From: Albugo candida | Taxonomy: Eukaryota | DNA length: 64,000 nt | Reading direction: 5' to 3' | NCBI GenBank assembly: GCA_040437565.1 | Contig: JBDOQK010000014.1 | Span: forward strand, 434,001 to 498,000 | In this document: one piece after another, positions 11,387 to 24,252 of the stretch | Position numbering within the stretch: position 1 is the stretch's first letter | How the letters are laid out: every line of letters begins with the position of its first letter | Made by a program: the position numbers and the translations under genes | Notes under the pieces: model-generated | Database searches by the model: none | What the model was told of the DNA's origin: nothing | What the model saw: the letters and a program-made list of their open reading frames with translations, nothing else

Positions 11387-12244
11387 CGAAATTGCTTTCC
11401 AGCTCACTGATAAATAACTACCAATCACATTNNNNNNNNNNNNNNNNNNNNNNNNNNNNNNNNNNNNNNNNNNNNNNNNNNNNNNNNNNNNNNNNNNNNN
11501 NNNNNNNNNNNNNNNNNNNNNNNNNNNNNNNTGGATAAAGGGATAAGTCGAGACACCCCACTACTCTCTTCCTCCACGGTTGGTGATAGCGTTAATTCCT
11601 CCATAACTTCATCCACGTGTTCGGCTCGACCATCGAGAGTCCTTTCATTTTGTGTCATCGAAATTGCTTTCCAGCTCACTGATAAATAACTACCAATCAC
11701 ATTTACGCGGCCACCAATTATTAACGTTATATAATGAGCTAATCGAGACACCATAAGTTGGAGGCGACTTGCCGACTTGTTCTACGTTGTTTCTGACGCG
11801 AGTACAGCCAATCTCAGTTTTAGAAGGTAATACACTCGTACGCAGTCCGCTCTTTGCTGATACAGATGTCAACAACCGATAGAGCATTTCCACTTTTTAT
11901 ATGACTAAAATGGCGTAGCCCAATACTCAGATCATAAATAATTCAATTCCATTACTACTACATAGAAGAAACTTCCTCTGCTTTACTGTGCAAGTTAAAA
12001 TAGTTTTGGGACAAGTCTTTGAGTTCAAAGTACTAAGGTGCATCGATTATAGAAAGTAGAATTCGCTAAATGAGATGCGTATGGCGAAAGCGGTCGTGAA
12101 ATCTAAGGACAGTAGTTCAGCATTGGAATTGACTTTGTAAGATGTGCCTCGCTTGAGCTTCCTCGTACTGTGACAAGCAGTGTCGCGGTTTTCGAGGAAA
12201 ATTAAATGTACATTTTGGTCAGTGTTGTTTATTCAAGATAAAAA

Positions 12245-12682
12245 CTACTGCAAACGCCGAGCAACTCTTTCCCATTCAAGTAAGCATAATATGTCTCCTT
12301 CTCGAACCGGTCCCTTGACATTACGGATGATTTTACGTTTGTCATCTTGCAGAAACTCCACGAGTACTTGAGTAACGCTTCCAGTGCTGCCTGTGCGTCC
12401 ANNNNNNNNNNNNNNNNNNNNNNNNNNNNNNNNNNNNNNNNNNNNNNNNNNNNNNNNNNNNNNNNNNNNNNNNNNNNNNNNNNNNNNNNNNNNNNNNNNN
12501 NCGTTTGTCATCTTGCAGAAACTCCACGAGTACTTGAGTAACGCTTCCAGTGCTGCCTGTGCGTCCAACGACGTTGACCACTTTAGCAAGCATGCTCTCT
12601 CGTTGACCATCCTACGAGCTCAAATCAGTCAGTGCCAACATCGCAATGATCATTCAAACATTCCGCTTACCAGAGGTATCAT
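12245..12682 (-). CDS. RPS28: 40S ribosomal protein S28 (exon1 12671-12682, intron 12612-12670); gene split by a gap with duplicated overlap
   Basis: [59 protein letters not shown]. Confidence 0.93.
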
Positions 12683-13311
12683 CTTGATTTCTTACTAAAT
12701 TATTACTTACTCACCGCAGTACTGTACACGCTACACTAATTCAGACCATCAATTAAAAATATAACCGGTCAACAAAGCTCTAACCGAATACAAAAGCAGA
12801 GGCATTTGCATATTGAAGCTTACTGAAAGGTAGAGTTCAATGAAGGCTGGTAGAATGCGTCAAGTAGCTCTTGAAATGGTGTCGATATGCGTGTATGCCG
12901 TTGATTGTTGCCAGTGCTAAGCGAAAGCGATCACAATGCACCTTTTCTTACATAATTGCATCGATGGACGACCAGGATTAGCTCTCATCATCACAGGAGT
13001 ATGCAATGTGATATAAAGCCTGCAATACGCTGCTCAACGTCGGCATCTACAAGCAGAACCGAACCAAAGCCAAACGTAACGTTTTATCGATGATACTAGC
13101 AGTGCTCATATCTATTTTGATGATAGTATATCTGCTCAAGTGTGCTCATTTTCTTCACGATCGTCATGACACAAGTAGAAAGCTCCTCATATCAAAATCT
13201 CTAAATCACTTTTTAAGAAATATATGAACGCTGTACAAATCATTTCACTTCTTCTGTCTGTTTTTCATTCAAATCCGTTTGAATACCACGTTCAGCGATA
13301 AGTCGAATTAA

Positions 13312-15084
13312 ATGGTCCTCAGCGAATCGAAAGAAGTTGTATTCCCTGGCAAGTGAGTGATAACGGCTTCTATATTTCGCGATTTCGCACTAGTCCGTCC
13401 GATGCACGATATTATGCGCCGAAAGCCACTGAACGTGATAGAAGCTCAAGATATTAAGAATGAGCTTCCACGCTCCTTGTCGCTGTTTGATTTGATTTGT
13501 ATTGGAATTGGAGGCACTATCGGTAGTGGGATTTTCGCAACGACAGGAGATATAATATCGAAATCGGCTGGACCTGCTGCAGCAATAAGCTGGATTCTTG
13601 GAGGCATTGTGTGCAGTGTGAACGCATTTGCCTACATGGAACTTACGACACGAGTACCATCCCCTGGAAGCACTTATGCCTACACGTACCATGCCATTGG
13701 AGAATTCCCTGCGGTCATTGCTGCGTGGCTACTTACGCTAGAGTATGGTATATCTGGCGCTGGTGTCGCACGAAGCTGGGCTGACATTGTAGAGAGTTGT
13801 TTCCCGGTTGGAACTTACCATTGGCTCAACTTGGAGTACAGCAGTATTCTTGGTGCTCTTGTACAGGCAAGTAGTGCCGTAATTTTGCTGATTGGAGTGC
13901 AGTGCAGCAAGCTGTTCGTCAACACGTTCACGGTCGCTAAAGTTGGGGTTGTTATATTTATCATTATAGCTGGGTTTATCGCAATGCAGCCAGAATTCAT
14001 GACACCTTTTGTTCCAGATCGCCAAATCATTGATAACGCGTCTTTTTTCGGCGTTCAGGGCATATTGACTGGAGCCACTCAAGCTTTCTTTGGTTATGTC
14101 GGTTTCGATGAGATTTGCTGCCTTGCAGCAGAAGCGAAAAATCCCAATAAAGTCATGCCAATTGCGGTTATCGGAACCATCCTGATCACCACATTCTTAT
14201 CCGTGCTAGCTTCATTAGTGCTGTCTGGGATGATTGATTACCACGATGCCACCACATTTGACGCTGGTTTTGAAAATGTTGGCTGGAAGTGGGCTGGAAC
14301 TATCGTCACAATTGGAGAAATTATCACGATGCCTGTCGTCGTATTAGTCGGATTCCTAGCTCAACCACGTCTAAACTACGCGTTGGCTTGTGATGGGCTC
14401 TTACCTCAGATCTTCGCAAAGGTGGATGCGGATGGAAATATGTTTTGGAACACCTTGATCACTGGCATTTTTCTAACACTAGTGGCTTTTGCCGTACCGT
14501 TCTCAACTTTGTGGGATATCGTGAGCTTTGGTATCCTACTTTCATTTATCTTAGCCAATTCATCCTTGCTCCTCGTTCGCACACGACCAAAATCACCGAA
14601 TTTAGCTCCTGCGTTGACAAATGGGATTGTGGTATGTAGCGGCTTTGCAGCTTTCATTCTGCATAATGGGTATCAAGAATCAGAATCGATTCTGTATCTG
14701 ATCTCATACATCGTGTGTTTGGTCCTTGTTGCCATATTCAACGTTATTATGTACTTCAAATGCCCTCAGATTGCCAAAAACACGGCTTGCTTCTGGTCTC
14801 CCTTGGTCCCGTTCCTTCCATCGATTTCGATTCTAATGGATTGGTACTTAATAGCTCAATTAAGCACAATCTCAATAATGTTGGGCTGTGCGTGGATTGG
14901 GCTTGGTGCAGGACTCTATTTTATGTATGGATTTCGCAATGCGTCCAGTCGAAGCAACTGGTCAAATGTCTTTACGAGTGGCATTCGTCCTGAAAGTCCG
15001 GCAAGTCGCAAGAGCGAAAGTCTATCTCATCCATATCAAAAGTCAGAAGACGAGGCCACGATGAAAGTACTGAGAAAGATATAA
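13312..15084 (+). CDS. APC-family (cationic) amino acid permease; start either 13312 via a GC-AG intron or 13402
   Basis: LSLFDLICIGIGGTIGSGIF, AGPAA, FFGYVGFDEI, AEAKNP, PRLNYALACDGLLP, PLVPFLP; many TM helices. Confidence 0.93.
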
Positions 15085-15108
15085 TGAACGTGAATTGTAA
15101 AGTGTTGG

Positions 15109-16213
15109 CTACAATTGATCTTTTGCTATGATTTCCCTTATAAAGGTCGAGCTCATAGTGCTCGTCTCAGTGCGTTGGCACACAAAAATATGCAACGGAA
15201 GAAAGCCAAGGCTTGATCTGATAGCGCTAATTTCTGACACAGCATCAACGGTTTCCGTCGATACAACAAGAGCCGCTTTTCCTGGAAACGTGATGGTGGG
15301 ACCGAATGCATCATCGATCATGACGACCTCGACCGTTATACTCGAATTCAAGAATGCGATGAAATTCATCACACCCGCTCTTCGTTTTTCTTCGGATTCT
15401 ACTACTTGAGGATACTTTTTGTGCTTCAACATGTGCGCCGCCGTGACGCCAACAACTAGATGGTTTTTGCAGATGCTTACAGCAAGACCCAGCAGTTTTT
15501 TGTGGCCGTTATGCAGATGATCAAAAGTGCCACCAATCATAACCTGTCCGAAAACGAAAAGCGCTGAATCAGTTGGATGGAAGATTGCTGATCGAGATGG
15601 AACAGCCCAAACCGTATCATGCGGCGATAGATCCGCTTCGTCATCTTCAAAATAATGAAATTCAGGTCGAACGTATTTAAGAGTAAGCGGACAGAGCGAT
15701 TGATACATAAGTGGTTCTATTCCATTTATGCTGCATCGCTCGCTGTTGATTTCTGTGAGATCGAATGTTTCCTCTTCGCCATAGATAATTCCGATATTCG
15801 CATCAAGTCCAAGTGTATACCAAGATGAGAATTGATTCAGATTGCCCAGGATCCTAAGAAGCAAAATGTTGTTCCAATACAAAAACTAGAAAATCGGTCA
15901 CCTTGTATCGATATACGCTTTACCCGATGAAACAGCAAGATCCCAGACAGAAGAGTACAGCTCACTGATGTAAGTCAATGTCTTGTGCTCTCGTGGCCCA
16001 GTGACATAAATGTACACTGCTTTCGACGCATCGTTAAGAGCTTTGGTGATCATAAGATCATTCCTGACGTGTGCTCTGGTGATGACGGATATACAAGTGT
16101 CACCATGGAACGGCTATCTGACAAGCTTACCTCATATTCTCCGGCACAGATATTCGCAGCAAAACCGTATGGAACCGACCGAGGCTGTCTGCATCTTTCA
16201 TTGACGGCGACAT
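15109..16213 (-). CDS. Phosphopantetheine adenylyltransferase (CoaD/CAB4-like cytidylyltransferase fold), multi-exon; 5' exons less certain
   Basis: GGTFDHLHNGHKKLL (HxGH), DAFGP, ALVVSTET, MSSTFIRE; candidate first exon ATG at 16213 ending in an AG|GTAAG donor. Confidence 0.85.
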
Positions 16214-17085
16214 GCAGCCGAGTTTAGATAATTATATCTTAACAGGTATACAAATCCGAGTTTCGAATTCACGAGAATCGAACGATGCAATATACTCACT
16301 CTTAGTGATGGCAGGCGACGAAATCGATGTAGTCACGCAACTCGGTGTCATCACATAGATGCATTTTGTATTTTCACACGCAAAGTCAAGTTTATTTAAT
16401 AAAATCGATACTATATGCATGATGTAGCCCGTGGCATGTCGGTCCAATACCATAAAAAATGCTATCAGCTTCACGAGCATTCACCTTCCCGCTGCCTACG
16501 TCTCTTGCAATATTAACATTCTTTCTCGTTATGAGTACACGCATCTATTTGAAAAGACATCATATCGATGCTGGCGGTATTATAATACGCTCCCACTAAT
16601 TAAAACATCACTTCACATTTGCAGCGCTTTGAAAGGATCGCTTAAACTAAAATCGAAGCATAAAGTCATTACAATTTCTTCACATCGTTATGAGCGACCT
16701 TCAGTCACTCAATTCGATCGTACGGTCGACAAAATTCTCATTTTCTTGCTACACGAAACATAGGATTCGGCACAAGTCTATAACTTCATACGTTCAAGTT
16801 ACATTTCGTCGACTCGTGATCACCATCTTGTTACAACTGAGCAAGAAATATGCGATGCCATGACGAAAAAACGAAAATCAATTTAAAGATTAGTTAAAAA
16901 GTACCCTCTAAGCAAGAGCGAGAAAGGATTGTCACGTATGAACGACCGGATACAATAACACGAAAGTTGATATTTTCGACGATCAATCAATTCCATGGGG
17001 TGAGAATCAAGTGACCATGACGTATTGTTGCAAAGTGACAACCCACGACCACAATATCACGAAAGGCTTACCATGCTCCCAGATT

Positions 17086-17100
17086 CTCATTCTGCTTTTT
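17086..17100 (+). promoter_or_regulatory. Possible oomycete initiator (YCATTYY)-like transcription start motif
   Basis: CTCATTCTGCTTTT about 50 nt upstream of ATG 17137. Confidence 0.35.
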
Positions 17101-17136
17101 TCCGAGCGACACAAACATATTCCAAGTATCTTGTCA

Positions 17137-18156
17137 ATGGTCCCTCAAAACTTCAAAGCAATCACTATCATGGTGCTGACGTTCGTCGTAGCAAATGCAT
17201 TTGAGACGAAAGTTCCAAGTCATTCTACATCATTTCGGCTTCTTACAAACGATGTTATCAAAACCAAACGCGCGAACGGACACAATACGGAAGAATCGGA
17301 GCCGCTTCTTGCCGAATCCAAGCTGAAAGATAGAGCTCAACATTCCGATTTGGGGTCGGATGAAGCAACCACGTCCGGGTCCGAAGCCGGAGAAGCAATC
17401 AAATCCAATACCGAGTCGGGTAAAGCAATCAAGTCGGAGGCCCAGCCCGGGTCCGAGCCGGGTAAAGCAATCAAGCCCGAGGCCGAGTCCGAACCCGAGT
17501 CGGGTAAAGCAATCAAGTCCGAGGCCCAGCCCGGGTCCGAGCCGGGTAAAGCAATCAAGTCCGAAGCTCAGCCCGGGTCGGAGCCGGATAAAGGTGCAAA
17601 AGATAAGAAGGAGAAAAGCAAATCAATATTCAGGAACAAGAAAGTTCTCATTGGTGGTGGAAGTGTCCTAGGTCTTGGAGCTATTGGGGCTGGTATAGCA
17701 CTTTCTCATTCGCCATCAGGCGCTGGAGGTGTAAGTACACATGGAACCGATATGGCTGACAATTCTAATGAAGCAGCATTTCCTCAACCTTCAGCTAATC
17801 CTGCACCGGCAGCTGCATCAAACTTCTTTACCGGTCCTCCTCCAACCCAGCCAAATGTCACATCTACTCCACCCCTTACTGCTAAATACCCATTTACAGA
17901 GGGAGATGTGACAGCCAAGCTAAGCACGTTCACACCTCCACTTTCTACTCCTATCGGCGCACCTGGAAACAATCTACCAAGCACTTCTCCCTCAACTCCA
18001 GTTCCTACTCCTGTTGCTGCACCTGGAATCAATCCACCAAGCAACCCTCCACTTACTAACACTCCGCTTTCCCCTGTTGTTACACCTACACAACCTCCAT
18101 CATCACCATCACCAGATAACACTCCCTCAACTCTGCCGCCAGTAGCTAGCACATAA
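17137..18156 (+). CDS. Secreted or membrane protein with tandem GKAIKSEAQPGSEP repeats, a hydrophobic segment and a Pro/Thr-rich tail
   Basis: Signal-peptide-like MVPQNFKAITIMVLTFVVANA; about 5 repeats of ~42 nt (17388-17593); basic stretch, then VLIGGGSVLGLGAIGAGIAL; Pro/Thr/Ser-rich C-terminus. Confidence 0.8.
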   Translation: MVPQNFKAITIMVLTFVVANAFETKVPSHSTSFRLLTNDVIKTKRANGHNTEESEPLLAESKLKDRAQHSDLGSDEATTSGSEAGEAIKSNTESGKAIKSEAQPGSEPGKAIKPEAESEPESGKAIKSEAQPGSEPGKAIKSEAQPGSEPDKGAKDKKEKSKSIFRNKKVLIGGGSVLGLGAIGAGIALSHSPSGAGGVSTHGTDMADNSNEAAFPQPSANPAPAAASNFFTGPPPTQPNVTSTPPLTAKYPFTEGDVTAKLSTFTPPLSTPIGAPGNNLPSTSPSTPVPTPVAAPGINPPSNPPLTNTPLSPVVTPTQPPSSPSPDNTPSTLPPVAST

Positions 18157-18462
18157 TGAAAGGAAGATGGCAACAATATCAACTCACAATTCATATTTTT
18201 ATTTCACTTGCTTATCAATAAAAAAAATAAAACAAACGCTTTTTCTGAATATTCAGATTCTTCCATACAACAAATACTACTATCAAGAAGGTTACCCGCA
18301 GGCAGTTGCAATTGTCAGTCTCGCACGTAGCCCCTCCATTGTATTGCCACGACAGCCAGCCCGATTTCCACTGCTTTTTGCAATGTCTCACTATCAAACA
18401 TGCGACGCCAATATAAACAGTTTGAATCTTCACCAGAGCTTCGCTTTAAACCCAAAAGCTGA

Positions 18463-21066
18463 CTAAATCACACTTGTTGCATCGTCAAAATCAAAAGTTT
18501 TCGCATTATTTTGCCTCATTGTGGACGTGACGATGCGCACGGATTCAATAGCGTCGTTTGTTAGTTCTTCGAAAATAACGAGATAATTGGGTTTATTTGC
18601 CACATGAAGCCATGCTACAGGAATCGAGTAATATCGCTGTACATACGCTCCATCAGCATCTCGAATCAGCCAGTAACGTCCAAGATCATGGCCATTCAAG
18701 TATATTCGACCGCGATTCATCCCTTCACAATCCATTAACACCGATGTTTCATTATCCAAATTCAGCTGTTTCAGAATGAATGTTGTCATGTACCATTTCA
18801 GAGTCCGTTTTCGATCAAAATGTTTGTTCACTTTTCTCCATGGAACAGAGCTACTCCACACTGATTCATGAATCTTAAGCTGCTCTCCTATGAGCCCAGA
18901 AAGCATCACCCACTGCTCATGAGCTCCAAACACTGGACCTTTTCCATCAATTTGCACATCACTAACTATTCCTTTTCGATGATTTTCACCCAGACTATGG
19001 ATTCCCAATGAAACAGATAAGATGCTCAGAGTTGAATTTGTGCCATAATTTATCAACGGCCCGAGGTCGAATCGAAACACGTTAGAGCAGTCGTTGCCTG
19101 GATACGCTAGATGTTGCTCGACAATAAATCTTCCATCTAAAAAAATCAAAAAACTATTCGCATCGCAAGCTGTGAACTTTATGAACGAAGACTTTGTTCC
19201 GTTCTTCTTAGATCCAACAGTATCCCATCGCACTTTTTTCTGATACATCAAATAGTCGGTTGTGTCTTGTGTAACAAGAAGCTGTTCGAGTGGGGTGTCA
19301 TTCACTATTCGATCTCTCACGTTCTGAGGGTTTACATCCCATTCTGACCATATTTTCCAGTCCGATTTTCGAAAACGAACTAACGGTGAATACCTTCGAA
19401 TAGATTTCGACCTCAATGTCTCTGGCACGTTCGAAGTGTTGTACAAAACAGTGTTATAATCCAAGATAACAATACTTCGTGGAGGAAGACAATACTCCAT
19501 CTGTTGATACCGCAAACACGCCCGATCGTTTTCTTGTGTGTTTTCCAGAAAAGAAATATTCCCGTAAACAAATGCCCGCTGTGTGTATTCGTTCGTGCCT
19601 CTCGGACCGAGCGGCATCGCGTGACCTATCTGTCTTTTAGTCGATAACAAAGCCTTGTTGCACCGAATCAATGTCTGATGAAGCTTGCGCAAATGCGAAC
19701 GCTTTGGTTCATTATCTAAACCATCATGGTGCAGAATGGCTCCATCGGCATACATTGTTGTGACACCTGCAGACGCTGTTCGTCCAAAGTTATTGCCGCC
19801 GTGATACATCTACATTTAGCCTTGATAACCGGTTGCCTTACAATCAAGCAAGAGAGCCGACTTACGTAATAGTTATGCATGGCGCCACCAGCGGCAAACC
19901 AGCGCGCAACCACATATGCAACGTTTTCTGGGGATCGTTGATCATTTTGCTCATCCTGTGCGAAACTATTCGTCGCCCACTTTTCGTACCAAGCTTCGTT
20001 TTCAGTCCAGATGAGAGGCTGTGACGGATGTGATTTCGACTGATTTTCTGCAAATTGAAAGCAGTCATTATCGTTACAGCTCGGTATCGTATTTACTGCA
20101 GCCGCTCCGTTGCACATGGTCCAGGGTATCCCAATAGCTAATCTGCGAGCCAATTGGGATATCCACGCAACGTAGTCAGTGTCATGCCCGGTGTACTCAT
20201 TTTCAATTTGAGCCATTATTATCGGTCCACCATTACTGGCAAAATATGGGCGCACCAAATTCACCATGATAGAAAGAATCCGATCCATTTCTTGCTTCCA
20301 CAATTCGTTGTTAGAGCGAACTTTCATCCCAGGAATACGATCCAACCATAATGGAAGACCTCCTCGATCCCACTCTGCACAAACTACCGACACAAAATTT
20401 GAGCAACGAAATCTAATAAACAGCGATCAACTTACCATAAGGTCCAAATCGGAGATGAACAAATAGTCCATGTGCTGCGATACGTTCGAGAAAATGCGTC
20501 AGATTTCCACGTTCTGCGAAATACAATGAGCCTCGTTTCGGCTCATGAAAATTCCAAAACACGTCTGAAGATAACATCAGATAGAACCAGACGACATAAT
20601 AAACAGATGACGTACATAATTGCACCATATTGAGTCCATCTTCTTTAGCTTTGGCCAAAATTCTATCCCAGCTTTCCGGTGTGCTTCGGGCGTAATGGAT
20701 CGATCCCCCAAGAAGTATACTCGCTTTACCGTCAATTACAAATCCACGTTTGGTGTACTTGACAGCGTATCCGTTACGCTTGCTTTCAGTCCTCAGAGCA
20801 TCATACGTTATGTATTGGTAGTGAGGAGCTTCGACAGGCTCATATAGAAGAAGTGGGTTGTTATTGCGTAGAGAGGGATTTCTAAAAACAATAAAAGTAG
20901 CAGATAGCATGATGATCCAGAAGCAAGCCGAATTGGCGCGATTGTAACATTTGGATCGACCAATCTTGTCGGAATTGGAGACATTGAAGGAATTGCGAGA
21001 GTTTTCATGTACTTCATGCAAAAGTGTGAGATCAGCTCCTTCGATGTCGCTTTTGTCTGGTGTCAT
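18463..21066 (-). CDS. GH35 beta-galactosidase with N-terminal membrane anchor, 4 exons
   Basis: LLGGSIHYARSTPESW, YVFWNFHEP, GPYVCAEWDRGGLP, QIENEY (acid/base Glu), WTEN (nucleophile Glu), NYY|MYHGGNNFGRT; three GT..AG introns restore the frame. Confidence 0.95.
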
Positions 21067-21716
21067 AATTCGTTAATGAACTTGACTGATCAATGATTGC
21101 ATACAGAAAATTTAACGTCAGTTATGTGTACCGTACATTTCTTGTTGTAATGTACTTCTAATCCAAGGAAAAGAAAAATCATTCAAATTACACGGACGGA
21201 ACTGACACGAGAATGGCTGCTTTTAGGTACAGATTGAATACTGATGTTTGATATAGAAAGCATTTGGTATCAGATTTCATTGTTATAAGCCCTTTTTGTG
21301 AACCATCTGATGTCAAAATGATGGAATATGTATGTGAGAGCAGAGACGGTCACCACAGAGTGCTCTACTACACCACTCTCTCATATAGGCAGTCTATCTA
21401 ATAAGCAGCTGAAATCTCTGTATTGGAAAATGGTGCGATACAGAATTTCCTTACCTGGGGATAACAAAGAAAAAGAATTCGGAATAAACACTTGTAATAT
21501 AAATGAAATGAATGAGCCTTTGTGAACAAAAAAGAACTTGAGGCTCCTTTTACTCTTGATTTTAGATTTCTGACAGAGTTATGATCCGTTGACGTTTGGC
21601 TGTTGAATCAAGAGTATCTCTTCAGGGATTGAGAGCTTCTTGAAGTCCTACAGGTGAACTTTTTCCGTAGTCAATTCACGCAACAACGCCATATTTTTGA
21701 AAAGTATGTACACTAT

Positions 21717-21800
21717 CAGCACCACTTGGGTGGTTGGACGTGGGAAAACACAACCCAGCACCACTTGGGTGGTTGGACGTGGGAAAACACAACCCAGCAC
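21717..21800. repeat. Direct tandem duplication of 39 bp
   Basis: CAGCACCACTTGGGTGGTTGGACGTGGGAAAACACAACC twice. Confidence 0.9.
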
Positions 21801-22787
21801 ACTCCCAGCGTGGATGATATTATCTATAATGTTGTACTCAAAGCGAAGCAGTCTGCCTAGAATTCAAGACCGCTTGAGACATATGACATGACCAAGGCCT
21901 GAAATGCTGTCTGTATCCACATTCCAGATTCCAAGTAATCACCAATCAAATCATGCTGCGCATCTATCACGGCGACGGTGAAAGGCCCCTAAGAGAGATC
22001 TCATTCGCGCTCGTGATAAGCATTGCTCAGAGACTAGTTTTTCCGATTATGATAAGCAGATATTATCAGTGAGGAGCAGAACAGGGAAATCGCACATGCT
22101 TGCCTTAGTACTTATTTCCGATGCAATTGTAATCAAAGTGGATTCATTTGGTAGGAGTGCGTGGCTGTTTATAGTTTGCCAGCAGCTTACCATATGCTGA
22201 ACATTCGCCAATAAAAATTGTGATCAAGAATAATGAATTTGCTAGAGTGATAAGCTCAAGACGTGGCTTCGCGTTTACTTTTGCAAATGACACTACTCGT
22301 GATAATCTTGATGATAACTCATTTTCTGGGTAACCAATTTGAGTACTCCATTTTGTTATCGCCAAGCGAAGCTTCTCTATCCACGTCTCACCGCAACGAT
22401 GCCATCAACTGGATTTCATTTCATGTCACGATCCAATTCAGATTCGTCAGCTGCATGCCGCATCACAAAATGAGCGCAAATGTTACTTATTATGTTGTAT
22501 TGATATAATGATTGCATCGGGTTTGTTTACAGCAAATTGCATCTACAGGATTCAAAATACTATTGATACCGGAATGGCTACAATTTTTACGTAATCCCTA
22601 CAAACAGTTTACTTGGCTATGGTGCTCCTCACCCAGTCGCTTTATACCCAATTGCTACTTGACATGCTTCCAGAATCATCGAGAAGTGGAGCAGTGACTT
22701 TCTCCGTTTAATCATCACTGAAGTGACCGGATATTAAGTAATTTGCAAGTCAGACATCAGAGATCTCTTAGAGATTCCCATCATCAA

Positions 22788-24252
22788 TTTGGCATTACCA
22801 CATCTTGTCAAAGGAAATGGGTTTGCGGAAACGGGGCCCCTAATACAAATTTATTCACTACGCGCAAATCACCATCAAAGACACTGGCGCCAATACTTTT
22901 TTTTTGGCATTACCACATCTTGTCAAAGGAAATGGGTTTGCGGAAACGGGGCCCCTAATACAAATTTATTCACTACGCGCAAATCACCATCAAAGACACT
23001 GGCGCCAATACTTTTTTTTTGGCATTACCACATCTTGTCAAAGGAAATGGGTTTGCGGAAACGGGGCCCCTAATACAAATTTATTCACTACGCGCAAATC
23101 ACCATCAAAGACACTGGCGCCAATACTTTTTTTTTGGCATTACCACATCTTGTCAAAGGAAATGGGTTTGCGGAAACGGGGCCCCTAATACAAATTTATT
23201 CACTACGCGCAAATCACCATCAAAGACACTGGCGCCAATACTTTTTTTTTGGCATTACCACATCTTGTCAAAGGAAATGGGTTTGCGGAAACGGGGCCCC
23301 TAATACAAATTTATTCACTACGCGCAAATCACCATCAAAGACACTGGCGCCAATACTTTTTTTTTGGCATTACCACATCTTGTCAAAGGAAATGGGTTTG
23401 CGGAAACGGGGCCCCTAATACAAATTTATTCACTACGCGCAAATCACCATCAAAGACACTGGCGCCAATANNNNNNNNNNNNNNNNNNNNNNNNNNNNNN
23501 NNNNNNNNNNNNNNNNNNNNNNNNNNNNNNNNNNNNNNNNNNNNNNNNNNNNNNNNNNNNNNNNNNNNNNTTTGGCATTACCACATCTTGTCAAAGGAAA
23601 TGGGTTTGCGGAAACGGGGCCCCTAATACAAATTTATTCACTACGCGCAAATCACCATCAAAGACACTGGCGCCAATACTTTTTTTTTGGCATTACCACA
23701 TCTTGTCAAAGGAAATGGGTTTGCGGAAACGGGGCCCCTAATACAAATTTATTCACTACGCGCAAATCACCATCAAAGACACTGGCGCCAATACTTTTTT
23801 TTTGGCATTACCACATCTTGTCAAAGGAAATGGGTTTGCGGAAACGGGGCCCCTAATACAAATTTATTCACTACGCGCAAATCACCATCAAAGACACTGG
23901 CGCCAATACTTTTTTTTTGGCATTACCACATCTTGTCAAAGGAAATGGGTTTGCGGAAACGGGGCCCCTAATACAAATTTATTCACTACGCGCAAATCAC
24001 CATCAAAGACACTGGCGCCAATACTTTTTTTTTGGCATTACCACATCTTGTCAAAGGAAATGGGTTTGCGGAAACGGGGCCCCTAATACAAATTTATTCA
24101 CTACGCGCAAATCACCATCAAAGACACTGGCGCCAATACTTTTTTTTTGGCATTACCACATCTTGTCAAAGGAAATGGGTTTGCGGAAACGGGGCCCCTA
24201 ATACAAATTTATTCACTACGCGCAAATCACCATCAAAGACACTGGCGCCAAT
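22788..24252. repeat. 115-bp tandem satellite, at least 12 apparently identical units (6 on each side of gap 23471-23570)
   Basis: Unit GGCATTACCACATC...GACACTGGCGCCAATAC(T)9 recurs every 115 bp; the identical ORFs in the track repeat at this period. Confidence 0.97.

Noticed and set aside
11260-12570. Duplicated CTL 5' end and two RPS28 copies
   Set aside because: The duplicated segments abut gaps 11432-11531 and 12402-12501; assembly artefact
12245-12682. Divergent or specialised RPS28 paralog ([11 protein letters not shown])
   Set aside because: Cannot be distinguished from normal lineage divergence without orthologs
364-21017. Many short antisense or overlapping ORFs in the gene block
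   Set aside because: Shadow ORFs of real genes with no independent motifs
21540-22780. Gypsy-like or host-gene remnant
   Set aside because: Only vague fragments such as HNFYW; no coherent frame
22788-24252. CRISPR array or repeated 94-aa genes
   Set aside because: Units are identical with no unique spacers, there are no cas genes and the context is eukaryotic; the ORFs are by-products of a 115-bp (non-triplet) repeat
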